From Bacteroidota bacterium (GTDB lineage Bacteria; Bacteroidota; Rhodothermia; Balneolales; Balneolaceae), in assembly GCA_051747265.1 (NCBI GenBank), contig JBNJFY010000001.1, positions 877,297-909,296 of the forward strand: a DNA stretch of 32,000 bases, read 5' to 3'. The notes beneath the pieces are model-generated. The model made no database searches. It saw only the letters and a list, made by a program, of their open reading frames with translations, and had not been told where the DNA came from. A program made the translations under genes and the position numbers. Shown piece by piece: positions 1-9,402 of the stretch (positions are counted from its first letter, which is position 1; every line of letters starts with the position of its first letter).

Positions 1-1190
1 ATATCGGTATCGAAATCACCGCCGGTAGCTTCCAGCTGTTCGCTATTAAAATGGGCCAGCCCTTTATAATCACCCGTCACTACGGCATTTCCCCGTCGAT
101 TGATGGTGACACTTCGGCCATAGTCCCACCCGGTTCCACCACCGGATTGCGCCCAAAGATAGGTGCCATCGGTATCTAACTTGGCAACAAAACTGTCATC
201 AGCGCCGCGGCTTTGCAATTGGGTATCTCCAAAGTCTGCTTTATCGCTGAAGAAACCGGTCATAAATACCTGGCCTTCATCATTTACGGCCAAATCATAG
301 GCCTGCTCGGAATAATAGCCTTTGCTTTGCTGGGTCCATTCCACCGATCCGTCGGCGGTCATCTTGATGATGTAGATATCGTAATAACCGGTTGAGGTCA
401 TCTCTTCCTCTTGGAAAGTCGCGGTATTATTGAATTGTCCAACCGCATAGAGATTGCCATCGGCATCCGATTCTATAGCATAGGGATAGGTTTCGCTATC
501 TCCGCCTAAAATTTCATACCAGTTTAATACACCTTCTGTACTCCATTGGGCGATAATCACATCTTGATTGTTAGAGGTAGCGACGGTTTCGCCATCAATC
601 GTCAGATCACCACTAACTTGACCGGAAATACTTACCCGCCCCTGGGAATCTACGGTAATGCCGCGAGCGAAATCATTGGCTGATCCCCCTATTGTTTTCA
701 CCCAGGCCCATTGGCCACTGGCATCTAATTTGGCCACATAAAGATCGCTGCCGCCATTGCTGGTAATAGGTTGTTGATCTCCAAACTGAGTAACACCATT
801 AAATTTACCAGTAACGTACACATTCCCGTCTCGATCAGTCGCTACATCATAAATGATTTCGTCGCCGGATCCCTGAATGGCATTATACCAATCAAATGAT
901 CCGTCTCTTTTATATCGCACGATGACGCCATCCCCGTGTCCGCCATTGGTATACGTGGCATCCTCAAACTGGATGTCGCTATAGGCGTTAGATGTGGCTA
1001 TTAATCGTCCTTGTTGATCGGTTGTGATGGCATACGAAAAATCACTTCCGGTTCCACCGATGTGGTGAAGTTGCTTCCAACCTTCAGTCTCTTGAGCGTT
1101 TGTGTGACTAGAAAAAATACTGAGTGTAGTCACTAATGTTATAGTCAAGATCTGAAGTACGCGCTTTTTATAGGTTCCTTGCGTGTTCAT
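1..1190 (-). CDS. Secreted SBBP-type beta-propeller repeat protein (N-terminus present, C-terminus cut by window edge)
   Basis: My own minus-strand translation from the ATG (rc of 1188-1190) runs open to position 1. It is absent from the ORF track because it leaves the window. The N-terminus MNTQGTYKKRVLQILTITLVTTLSIFSSHTNA looks like a signal peptide. At least five tandem units end in motifs such as DLYVAKLDASGQWAW, DSFVAKLDTDGTYLW, DIYIIKMTADGSVEW and GVIVRYKRDGSFDWY, typical of SBBP beta-propeller repeats. Confidence 0.75.
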   Translation of the reverse strand, partial: MNTQGTYKKRVLQILTITLVTTLSIFSSHTNAQETEGWKQLHHIGGTGSDFSYAITTDQQGRLIATSNAYSDIQFEDATYTNGGHGDGVIVRYKRDGSFDWYNAIQGSGDEIIYDVATDRDGNVYVTGKFNGVTQFGDQQPITSNGGSDLYVAKLDASGQWAWVKTIGGSANDFARGITVDSQGRVSISGQVSGDLTIDGETVATSNNQDVIIAQWSTEGVLNWYEILGGDSETYPYAIESDADGNLYAVGQFNNTATFQEEEMTSTGYYDIYIIKMTADGSVEWTQQSKGYYSEQAYDLAVNDEGQVFMTGFFSDKADFGDTQLQSRGADDSFVAKLDTDGTYLWAQSGGGTGWDYGRSVTINRRGNAVVTGDYKGLAHFNSEQLEATGGDFDTD

Positions 1191-1362
1191 AATCTTCCTC
1201 CGTTCGAGGTATTGCTTAGGTTCACCAGTTATAGTACCACCTAAGGCAAGGGCGGAAAATGAGAGGAAGTATCAGAATGTTGTAGCCTCAGAAGCACAGC
1301 GGGGGTTACAAACAGTAGGTGGGGGTGTCATCTTAGCTTGACGAACTACCGTTATATAGCAA

Positions 1363-1392
1363 CCGCCCTGTGGTGAGTTTCCTACAGGGCGG
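1363..1392 (-). terminator. GC-rich hairpin 67 nt downstream of the hutG stop (possible weak terminator)
   Basis: Perfect 9-bp inverted repeat CCGCCCTGT (1363-1371) / ACAGGGCGG (1384-1392) with a 12-nt loop. The minus-strand trailing sequence UUGCUAUAUAAC is only moderately U-rich, so this is not a canonical intrinsic terminator. Confidence 0.35.
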
Positions 1393-1458
1393 CAAGCAAT
1401 CTGCCTATCATGTACCGAGTATTTACTGCTGGGCAAGGAGCTGCGGCAAATTCGATCG

Positions 1459-2400
1459 CTATTTGCGAAGTGACAACCCCAGCAAAATTTCCCATATCGT
1501 ATGGGCCGCCAATCGAACGGTTTGCTCATCGCGATCCAGCGCAGGATTCACCTCCACCAAATCAAAAGAGTTGATGTTGGTCTGCTGCGCTATACGAAAG
1601 GCGTACTTCAGCCACTCTTCGCTGCTGATTCCATTGGTGGCCGGCGCGCTAACCCCCGGTGCGTAGGCTTGATCAACCGCGTCCATATCCAGGGTTAACA
1701 TCAGCGGTTCATTCTTGAGATCTTCCAATACATACTTAATCGTAGATAAATTGGTGGCATCGCGTAGAAAATATTGACCGCCGTGATCTTTGATATATTG
1801 CAGATGAGCTTCCGAAACCGAGGAAGGCTGAATTCCCGCCACCACATAGCGCAGGCAATGCTTTTGTTCTTCCAAGGCTTGATAGAACGGAGATCCGGAA
1901 TGCGGTTTTCCCTCCTTCAGCGGACGCACATCGGTATGGGCATCGATATTTAGTATGGCCGTGGGACGATCTGCCATTACATATCCCCTGTAATGTCCGT
2001 AGGCGGTCTCATGCCCCCCACCTAGAATGATTACCGGAATATCTTTCTTTATATAAGGGGCGATGACCTCTGCCAAACGCTGCTGATCATCGGCCACATC
2101 ACCGGTTATTTCCACGTTACCCAGATCGCGGGTGTGTTCCACAAAACTGGTCATCTGCTCAACATAGCTGGCGTGTGGGGTTAGTTTCCATAAGCGCTTC
2201 CGAATGGCATTGGGCGCTTCGCTGGCTCCGGGTCGACCGCCATTGCGCTGCACCCCCATATCCGAAGAGAAACCCACGATAACCGCTCGGGGCGTATCCC
2301 CCTCTGATAATGCGCGCCCCACTAATCGGCCGATGCGCGGATCATTGGTTTCCGTTTGAGGATCTTGGATTTCGATGGATGTTAGTAGCTGTTTGGACAT
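1459..2400 (-). CDS. hutG: Formimidoylglutamase (arginase/ureohydrolase family)
   Basis: 313-aa ORF with ureohydrolase metal-site motifs GGGHETAYG, DAHTDVRP and LTLDMDAVDQAYAPGVSAP. It lies 12 bp downstream of hutI on the same strand. The family fold is clear; the substrate call rests on hutI adjacency. Confidence 0.8.
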   Translation of the reverse strand: MSKQLLTSIEIQDPQTETNDPRIGRLVGRALSEGDTPRAVIVGFSSDMGVQRNGGRPGASEAPNAIRKRLWKLTPHASYVEQMTSFVEHTRDLGNVEITGDVADDQQRLAEVIAPYIKKDIPVIILGGGHETAYGHYRGYVMADRPTAILNIDAHTDVRPLKEGKPHSGSPFYQALEEQKHCLRYVVAGIQPSSVSEAHLQYIKDHGGQYFLRDATNLSTIKYVLEDLKNEPLMLTLDMDAVDQAYAPGVSAPATNGISSEEWLKYAFRIAQQTNINSFDLVEVNPALDRDEQTVRLAAHTIWEILLGLSLRK

Positions 2401-2412
2401 AGTAATTGGTAA

Positions 2413-3636
2413 TCAAGCTTGGGATTGATAAGATTCTCCGCCTATAAATAGATCACTGCAGGCATTGGGTCTAAAATGATACATCCAGAAATTGGGGTCC
2501 GGGGTATCGATAACCGCCAAATCCGCTCGCTTGCCTACCTCAATGGAGCCCAAAGTATCTTCTCGTTGGATGGCCTTGGCGGCATTGATGGTTACGCCCT
2601 TGAGTACTTCCGCCGGAGTGAGCCCCCCGGTGTTACAGGTCAACATCATAGCTAACGGCAGATCATAACTAGGCGCGGATCCAGGATTAAAATCAGTAGC
2701 GATGGCCACATCCACGCCCGCCTGCACCAGTTTTCGCGTATTCAAAAAGGGTTGCTGCGTATATAACGAAGCCAATGGCAAGTTGACCCCAACCACACCG
2801 GCTTCGGCCATGGCGGCAATACCTTCCTCCGAAATTTGTTCGAGGTGATCCGCCGAAGCGGCGCCCACTTCCGCGGCCAGCTCCGCTCCACCACAAGAGG
2901 TTAGTTGATCGGCGTGTACCTTGGGGGTTAACCCCAGCTCCTTGCCCCGCTTATAAATGCGCCGGGCTTCATCGACAGAGAACGCACTATCCTCCACAAA
3001 AATATCACAAAACTCCGCCAACCCTTCTTCGGCCACGGCGGGCAACATTTCATTGATCACCAGATCGATATACGCTTCGCGGCGATCATCAAATTCGGGA
3101 GGTATGGTATGCGCTCCCAAAAAGGTAGGCACAATGGTGATGGGCAACGCTTCATTCAGTCGTCGATATACACCTAAGGTCTTTAGCTCATCCTCCACAG
3201 AGAGTCCGTATCCACTTTTACACTCTATCGTGGTGACCCCCAGTTTTATCATTTCATGGGCGAGACTTTGCGCCTTATCGAACAGCTCCTGCTCGCTGGC
3301 CGCCCGAGTATGTTTTACGGTGGATCTGATGCCGCCGCCGGCTTTAGCAATTTCCAGATACGACTTTCCCTGTACCCGCATGGCAAACTCATCCGGACGC
3401 CATCCTCCGAAAGCCAGGTGCGTGTGGCAATCCACCAATCCGGGAATTACCATCTGTTGACGCGCATCGTACACCGGTTCCCGATGATAAGCTTCAGGCA
3501 AATCCGCATCTTTGCCAATCCAACTGATTTTCTCATTCTCCCAGGCAATCGCGGCATCTGTCAACGCATGTATATCTGATTGTAAGCCCTCGGGTTTACA
3601 AGTAGCTAGATAACCAATGTTACGAAGTACGGGCAT
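2413..3636 (-). CDS. hutI: Imidazolonepropionase
   Basis: 407-aa ORF with amidohydrolase-type motifs (PGLVDCHTHLAFGG, KSGYGL, KVHADQL, ATDFNPGS) characteristic of HutI. Confidence 0.9.
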   Translation of the reverse strand: MPVLRNIGYLATCKPEGLQSDIHALTDAAIAWENEKISWIGKDADLPEAYHREPVYDARQQMVIPGLVDCHTHLAFGGWRPDEFAMRVQGKSYLEIAKAGGGIRSTVKHTRAASEQELFDKAQSLAHEMIKLGVTTIECKSGYGLSVEDELKTLGVYRRLNEALPITIVPTFLGAHTIPPEFDDRREAYIDLVINEMLPAVAEEGLAEFCDIFVEDSAFSVDEARRIYKRGKELGLTPKVHADQLTSCGGAELAAEVGAASADHLEQISEEGIAAMAEAGVVGVNLPLASLYTQQPFLNTRKLVQAGVDVAIATDFNPGSAPSYDLPLAMMLTCNTGGLTPAEVLKGVTINAAKAIQREDTLGSIEVGKRADLAVIDTPDPNFWMYHFRPNACSDLFIGGESYQSQA

Positions 3637-3967
3637 AAACGCGAGATATGTTTAATTTCTAAATAATACTGTTATCACTAACCACTGTAGAATCTATCTT
3701 TTCTACACTAATCATCCAACCGACGTCCTGATTGGTTCGCCTCAAATTGTCTACTTTACCCCACATACTTCATAATGCGATTTAACTGCATTCTTCTTGA
3801 TATGTACTTTATCTTTATCATATTCCATTTAATGGTAGGTAAACGGATTTGAATTACCATCTGTGATTACCACTTTAATCTATCGGGAAATACTTCCCGG
3901 AATTGCCCGTTGCTCTTGACCGATTGACGGCAAGCCCAAAAACGACCAAGGATATACACTTACTGAT

Positions 3968-5143
3968 ATGGACAAACGAAACCAGTACGAAAAGCGAGCA
4001 CTGGAAGCACACAAAAAATATCGAGGCAAAATTGAAATCAGATCCAAGATGCCTCTGGAAACCACCGACGATTTAAGTATCGCCTATACTCCGGGGGTCG
4101 CGGCGCCCTGTAATGAAATTGCCGCGGATCGAGATAAAGCTTACGACTACACCAGCAAAGGCAATATGGTGGCGGTTATCAGTGACGGCTCCGCGGTTCT
4201 GGGGTTAGGAAATATTGGCGGCGAAGCCAGTATGCCGGTCATGGAGGGCAAAGCCGTGTTGTTTAAAAAGTTTGCCAACATTGATGCTGTACCCATCGTG
4301 TTAGATACCCAGGATCCCGAAGAGATTATCACCACGGTTAAGCATATTGCCAATACCTATGGCGGGATCAATCTGGAAGACATCGCCGCTCCCAACTGCT
4401 TTGAAATTGAGCAGCGTCTCAAACAAGAGTGCGACATTCCTGTTCTTCATGACGATCAGCACGGGACCGCCATCGTAACTTTGGCTGGTTTGATCAATGC
4501 TTGCAAAGTCACCGGGCGAAAGCTGGAAGATTTAAAAATCGTGGTGAATGGAACCGGGGCGGCCGGAGTGGCCATCATCAAACTGCTGCGCTCTGTAGGC
4601 ATCGATTACATCCTGACCTGCGACAGCAAAGGGATCATTTACGAAGGACGCGACTACCTGAACCCTGTCAAAGAGAAAATTGCGAAACTGACCAATCCTA
4701 AGGGAACACGAGGCACCTTGGCGGAAGCCATCTGCGATACGGATGTATTCATCGGGGTATCTGTGCCTGATGTGATTAGCAAGGAAATGATCGAATCCAT
4801 GTATGACGATCCGATTATTTTTGCCATGGCTAACCCCATACCAGAGATTATGCCCGAAGATGCCATCGCCGCCGGAGCCGCCGTGGTTGCCACCGGACGA
4901 TCTGATTTTCCCAACCAAATCAATAATGTATTGGCTTTTCCCGGCCTGTTCCGAGGAGCGTTAAATGCCCGGGCATCCAAATTTACCACCGATATGTTCC
5001 GTGCCGCGGCACGTTCCATTGCCAGTTGCGTGTCGGATCCCAACCCTGAACAAATTATTCCCAGTCCTTTTGCTCCACATGTTGCCGAACGAGTGGCCAC
5101 AGCTGTGGAAGAGGTCAGCAGGGGTGAAGCGACTATGGTGTAG
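3968..5143 (+). CDS. NAD(P)-dependent malic enzyme, small type
   Basis: 391-aa ORF. N-terminal [25 protein letters not shown] and [25 protein letters not shown], Rossmann NGTGAAGVA, and ANPIPEI are all hallmarks of short malic enzymes. Confidence 0.9.
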   Translation: MDKRNQYEKRALEAHKKYRGKIEIRSKMPLETTDDLSIAYTPGVAAPCNEIAADRDKAYDYTSKGNMVAVISDGSAVLGLGNIGGEASMPVMEGKAVLFKKFANIDAVPIVLDTQDPEEIITTVKHIANTYGGINLEDIAAPNCFEIEQRLKQECDIPVLHDDQHGTAIVTLAGLINACKVTGRKLEDLKIVVNGTGAAGVAIIKLLRSVGIDYILTCDSKGIIYEGRDYLNPVKEKIAKLTNPKGTRGTLAEAICDTDVFIGVSVPDVISKEMIESMYDDPIIFAMANPIPEIMPEDAIAAGAAVVATGRSDFPNQINNVLAFPGLFRGALNARASKFTTDMFRAAARSIASCVSDPNPEQIIPSPFAPHVAERVATAVEEVSRGEATMV

Positions 5144-5178
5144 CCAAGCAACCATCACACGACAACAACGAATCAATC

Positions 5179-5216
5179 AGAGGAGCCTTACAGTACCATG
5201 TAAGCTCCTCTTTTTT
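5179..5216 (+). terminator. Rho-independent terminator of the malic enzyme gene
   Basis: AGAGGAGCCTTAC (5179-5191) pairs with GTAAGCTCCTCT (5200-5211) as 12 bp with one bulged C and an 8-nt loop, running directly into TTTTTT (5211-5216). It lies 36 nt after the stop codon. Confidence 0.75.
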
Positions 5217-5308
5217 ATGTGGTTGGCTAGATATTTGAAAAGTATTGCGTAAACTGTATTTATATATAAACGGCTTTGCATTCCTGATCACAAAATTTTT
5301 GTTGCTGA

Positions 5309-5866
5309 ATGGCACAATTCAAGGCATTTGATACCAGTGTCGAAATCAACGGGCGAACGGTCCTGTCGGTTATTGATGGTATGGGATCGATGATCTCCTC
5401 CCGTCAGAAGGCGATGGAAATTTTGCGCCGTCATGGTATTACACATCTACATAAATCGGGCTGGTACAAGCAACAAGATTGGCTGGATTCCATACAGGAA
5501 ATTGCCCACACCTTTGGCAACCGTACGCTGTATTTAATTGGCAAACGCATTCCTAAAAACGCCAAGTTTCCTCCCCAAATACATAATCTGAAGTCTGCGC
5601 TAAAAGCTATAGACGTAGCGTACCATCAAAACCATCGCGGCGGCGAAATCGGCTCCTATACCTTGGAGTCTTTTGGGGAAGAACGTCGAATGGCCGTCAT
5701 GACATGCACCAATCCCTACCCTTGTGATTTTGACCGGGGGATCATTGACCGGCAATGCCAGCAATTCAAGCCGGTAGGTGTCAAACACGTTCGGGTTGAA
5801 CACGATCCCCATTCCCCGTGCCGTAAAGAAGGAGCCGAATCCTGCACTTATCATATCTACTGGTAA
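5309..5866 (+). CDS. Hypothetical protein, Cys/His-rich C-terminal half
   Basis: 185-aa ORF with no family I recognise. Its stop is 1 bp from the fliR stop (convergent). Coding status rests on ORF length, on there being no competing long ORF beyond an 84-aa antisense one, and on non-low-complexity composition. Confidence 0.5.
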   Translation: MAQFKAFDTSVEINGRTVLSVIDGMGSMISSRQKAMEILRRHGITHLHKSGWYKQQDWLDSIQEIAHTFGNRTLYLIGKRIPKNAKFPPQIHNLKSALKAIDVAYHQNHRGGEIGSYTLESFGEERRMAVMTCTNPYPCDFDRGIIDRQCQQFKPVGVKHVRVEHDPHSPCRKEGAESCTYHIYW

Positions 5867-5867
5867 G

Positions 5868-6647
5868 TCAACTTCCCATAACCTGCATTACTTGCGCCAG
5901 GTAATCGTACATGCGCTGGAAAAAGCCATCGAAGGCGATCAATAACTTGGGAACAATCAGCCAGAGTACAATCAAACCACCTCCTACCTTCAGGGGCAAA
6001 GCGATGAAGAAGATATTGGCTTGCGGCATAATACGCGCAAAAATGGCAAACGTCAGATCCAACATGAAGATGACCACGATAAACGGGGATGCCAATTGAA
6101 CGCCGATCACAAACAGATCGCTAGCCATATCAATAAAGTCTGGAGCTACCGCGGCAGCATTAACCTGGCCTAAGGGAACAATCTCAAAACTTTTGGCCAT
6201 GGCCCGCAAAAACACCTGCTCTCCCCCCATCAGTATAAACAGCAAAACACCGAACAGGGTAAATAGTTGGCTAAAAATCGGATTCTGCGTTTGGGTGCGC
6301 GGATCTACTACATTGGCGAACCCCAAACCTACCTGGATGCTGATAAACTGACCACCAAACTGTACGCCCCCAAAGATAATCTGACCGACAAAACCCAAGG
6401 CCAAGCCCACCACAATTTCTTTAAAGATGGCAATCACAATTTCCAGCAATTTGGCATCCAGCGGTATAACTGCCCCTTCCAAAGGCACCGTAGGGATTAC
6501 CGCAATGGTAATCAAAAAAGCGAAAAAGAGCTTTACCCGATCAAAAAATATCTCTGATCCAAAAAATGGAGCCAACAGCACGATGGTGGTCACCCGTACA
6601 AAAATCAGAAAGGCCGTAGTAAGTACTTCGGGTGAGAGCAGATCCAT
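5868..6647 (-). CDS. fliR: Flagellar export apparatus protein FliR
   Basis: 259-aa polytopic membrane protein directly after fliQ. The N-terminus LIFVRVTTIVLLAPFFG is typical of FliR. Confidence 0.9.
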   Translation of the reverse strand: MDLLSPEVLTTAFLIFVRVTTIVLLAPFFGSEIFFDRVKLFFAFLITIAVIPTVPLEGAVIPLDAKLLEIVIAIFKEIVVGLALGFVGQIIFGGVQFGGQFISIQVGLGFANVVDPRTQTQNPIFSQLFTLFGVLLFILMGGEQVFLRAMAKSFEIVPLGQVNAAAVAPDFIDMASDLFVIGVQLASPFIVVIFMLDLTFAIFARIMPQANIFFIALPLKVGGGLIVLWLIVPKLLIAFDGFFQRMYDYLAQVMQVMGS

Positions 6648-6663
6648 GCGCGATCAATAAAGG

Positions 6664-6933
6664 TTACTGCCCGATCATAGGGATAAAATTAAAAATACGT
6701 TCCGTGAAACTGATAGCGTACTGCAGCATATAGCTAAACAAGAAAAAGAGCATCAGGGCCACCACAATCATTTTGGGGATATAGGTCAGTGTCATCTCCT
6801 GGATGGATGTAGCCGCCTGAAATACCGCGACTAGCAAGCCCACTACCAAGGCGCCCATCAACAGCGGTCCGGCTAGAAACACTACCGCGGATAACATCTC
6901 CTGTACCCAATAAACACCCACTTCTGTATTCAT
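6664..6933 (-). CDS. fliQ: Flagellar export apparatus protein FliQ
   Basis: 89-aa two-TM protein. The motif LLVAVFQAATSIQEMTLTYIPK matches the FliQ signature, and it sits between fliP and fliR. Confidence 0.9.
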   Translation of the reverse strand: MNTEVGVYWVQEMLSAVVFLAGPLLMGALVVGLLVAVFQAATSIQEMTLTYIPKMIVVALMLFFLFSYMLQYAISFTERIFNFIPMIGQ

Positions 6934-6946
6934 GAGATTCTCCCGG

Positions 6947-7816
6947 TCAATTAAAGCTTCGCATCATAGAATCAACGATCAAATACCACCCATCGGTCAG
7001 TACAAATATCAAAATCTTGAAGGGTAACGAAACCAATACCGGCGGCAGGAAAATAATACCCATGGCCAGCAGAACCGAGGCCACCACCAGATCCACAACC
7101 AAAAAGGGCAGATAGATCATAAACCCGATTTGAAAGGCCATTTTCAGCTCACTGATCACAAACGAGGGCACCACCACGTAGAGCGGAATCTCGGCCGCGT
7201 TGGTTACTGCCGGCTCTCCGGCTAAATCCATGAACAGTAGCAGATCCTTTTCGCGGGTCTGTTTGATCATGAAATCCTTGAGTGGTATCGCCGCCGCGTC
7301 CAGCGCTTCGGTTTGGGTTACCTCATCGTTCAGATACGGTTGAATCGCTTGTTGGTTCACTTGATTAAATACCGGCGACATGATGTAGATGGTCAAAAAC
7401 AGCGCCAATCCCACCAATACCTGGTTGGGTGGTGATTGCTGGGTACCCATGGCTAAACGCAAAAAGGAAAACACCACAATCAGCCGTGTGAAGCTGGTCA
7501 TCATGGTGATAAACGCCGGTCCAAAAGATAGAATGGTGAGTAGAATCAAGACCTGGATGGCCATCGCATAATCATCCTTGCCCTCAACTGGGGTCACGGA
7601 TAAATCAATACGGGGCAGGTTGGATCCGGTGACATTGCTGCCTTGTTGCGCGTTTTGGTTTTGATTAGCGCCATTCTGCTGCGCCTGAACTCCGGGCACC
7701 GCCGAACATAGCAGTACCATCAATACGCCCAGCATAACCATTCGGCTCCACAACCGAGAATCTAAACGTAGGCTGGTTACTGATTTTGACATGACTGGCA
7801 AAGCCCTCATAATCAT
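6947..7816 (-). CDS. fliP: Flagellar export apparatus protein FliP (N-terminal extension; alternative start possible at 7741)
   Basis: The C-terminal ~220 aa carry FliP motifs (FTRLIVVFSFLRLAMGTQQSPPNQVL, PFKILIFVLTDGW). A signal-like segment MVMLGVLMVLLCSAVPGVQA is followed by a Q/N-rich stretch. The ATG at 7816 abuts the fliO stop. Confidence 0.9.
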   Translation of the reverse strand: MIMRALPVMSKSVTSLRLDSRLWSRMVMLGVLMVLLCSAVPGVQAQQNGANQNQNAQQGSNVTGSNLPRIDLSVTPVEGKDDYAMAIQVLILLTILSFGPAFITMMTSFTRLIVVFSFLRLAMGTQQSPPNQVLVGLALFLTIYIMSPVFNQVNQQAIQPYLNDEVTQTEALDAAAIPLKDFMIKQTREKDLLLFMDLAGEPAVTNAAEIPLYVVVPSFVISELKMAFQIGFMIYLPFLVVDLVVASVLLAMGIIFLPPVLVSLPFKILIFVLTDGWYLIVDSMMRSFN

Positions 7817-8365
7817 TTAAGAGGATGATTTAAATCGATTCAACATTTGATCAAAGCTGGCCGAACCCTGCGATCCACCAGACGGAAACCCTTGGGGCTT
7901 GCGTTGCTCCCACTGTTCAGCAGTCCATTTTTCTAATAAATTGACGCTGTTGCTGGTTACGCCCAATACCCAAAACTCGTCGCCCATATCTACAATTTTG
8001 AGCGACTGGCCCGGTCCAAGGTCAAACTGCCCCACTACGGTAAAGGTAAGCTCTTTGGTTTCGGTATTTCCCCGGTTCCACCACCAAAGAACCGCTAAAC
8101 CACCACCCAGGATGATGATCACCCAGAGCATGTTATCCCACATATTTTGATTGGGATCGTTTTGCTGGATGGATACGTCTCTGCCCAGTGCTTGACGGAG
8201 ACTGTCTACACGGGCTTGTTGTTCAGGAGTATACTCTTCGTAATCGGGACCCGAGGTCTGGGTTTGCGACATGACAAACACCCAGATCACCAACAGGGTA
8301 GCTCCCAAAGCAACGACCAGGTTGAAGAAGCGTTTGGTATTGGTTGGAAGCCCCCATTTTTGCAT
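7817..8365 (-). CDS. fliO: FliO/FliZ-family flagellar biosynthesis protein (longer than usual, two predicted TM segments)
   Basis: 182 aa, positioned between fliN and fliP. The TM WVIIILGGGLAVLWWW is followed by FDLGPGQSLKIVDMGDEFWVLGVTSNSVNLLEK, resembling the FliO core. An extra N-terminal TM is FFNLVVALGATLLVIWVFVM. Confidence 0.65.
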   Translation of the reverse strand: MQKWGLPTNTKRFFNLVVALGATLLVIWVFVMSQTQTSGPDYEEYTPEQQARVDSLRQALGRDVSIQQNDPNQNMWDNMLWVIIILGGGLAVLWWWNRGNTETKELTFTVVGQFDLGPGQSLKIVDMGDEFWVLGVTSNSVNLLEKWTAEQWEQRKPQGFPSGGSQGSASFDQMLNRFKSSS

Positions 8366-8383
8366 ACAATCAGTGGCTGGTAA

Positions 8384-9400
8384 TTAACGTAAACTTTCAA
8401 TTCGTTCGCGCGTGGATACCAAGTTGGTCACCCGTACCCCAAAGTGCTCGTCGATAACCACCACTTCGCCTTCGGCGATGCGATGCCCGTTGGCGTACAC
8501 CTCAACCGGCTCGCCGGCAAGCTTGTTTAATTCGATTACTGACCCGCGTACCAGATGCAGAATATCGCCCAGTGGGACTTCCTTACGGCCCAGCTCAACG
8601 GATATATCCAGCTCCACATCTTTCAACAGATCCAGGTTGCGGACTTCCACATCGCTATCCGCGGCCATTTGAGGACTGAATTCCTCAAAATCCACATGGC
8701 GTCCTTTCACATCGGGTTTGGCTTGTGCGCGTTCACTTTCCACAGCCTCGCCGGCAGGAACCGGTTCAGGTTGATCACCGCCATCATCCGACGTTGATTC
8801 AACGGCTTGCTCTACCGCTTCATCCGCTTCGGGTTCGGATGCTTCTTCCTCACCTCCCATTACTTCCTGAACGGTTTCCTCATCCGGAATAGCAAAGGTG
8901 ATGATCATGGCCAGTTGCGGCTGTTCGTCGCCTTCAATCTCAAACTTACCGGATACATCAACCTGGGCCATAAAATAATCGGCCTCATCCACGGCGTTCG
9001 AGATCTGACCCGACTTCAACAAGTTGACCTCGCCCGGCTCCAGCGGTATACCCTGCTCTTGCAAGGTCATTTGGGCCGTTCCCAGTAACTGCTGGGAGAA
9101 TTCCGTAATCAGATCGCGGGTGATCTCATTCACATCCTGCTCTTCGACTCCCAGCATGGCCATGGATAACTGCGGAATCCAATTTTCATCGAAAGCGATA
9201 AAGATATCGGATCCGAAAGTTTCTTCTCTGGTTTGCACCACTACCGTCCCCGTTTTCAGGGCTTCGATCACCATGGCTTCGTCGGCCACACTTGATGCCG
9301 ATAATTCCGCTCGTAATTTTTTGAGCATGATGGTTTTCAGGAAGCCTTCCAGCGCGGAAAGATTCTCCTGTACCCCTTGCTCAAGTACTTCGATATCCAT
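8384..9400 (-). CDS. fliN: Flagellar motor switch protein FliN/FliY type (long form)
   Basis: The C-terminal SpoA/FliN domain is [63 protein letters not shown]. It is preceded by an acidic linker and a ~180-aa N-terminal domain, as in FliY-like proteins. Confidence 0.85.
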   Translation of the reverse strand: MDIEVLEQGVQENLSALEGFLKTIMLKKLRAELSASSVADEAMVIEALKTGTVVVQTREETFGSDIFIAFDENWIPQLSMAMLGVEEQDVNEITRDLITEFSQQLLGTAQMTLQEQGIPLEPGEVNLLKSGQISNAVDEADYFMAQVDVSGKFEIEGDEQPQLAMIITFAIPDEETVQEVMGGEEEASEPEADEAVEQAVESTSDDGGDQPEPVPAGEAVESERAQAKPDVKGRHVDFEEFSPQMAADSDVEVRNLDLLKDVELDISVELGRKEVPLGDILHLVRGSVIELNKLAGEPVEVYANGHRIAEGEVVVIDEHFGVRVTNLVSTRERIESLR

Positions 9401-9402
9401 CG

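Noticed and set aside
2957-5151. Antisense ORFs inside hutI (2957-3460, 3256-3579) and the malic enzyme gene (4532-4918, 4654-5151)
   Set aside because: These are shadow ORFs opposite well-supported enzymes, with Ser/Arg/Ala-rich composition and no motifs.
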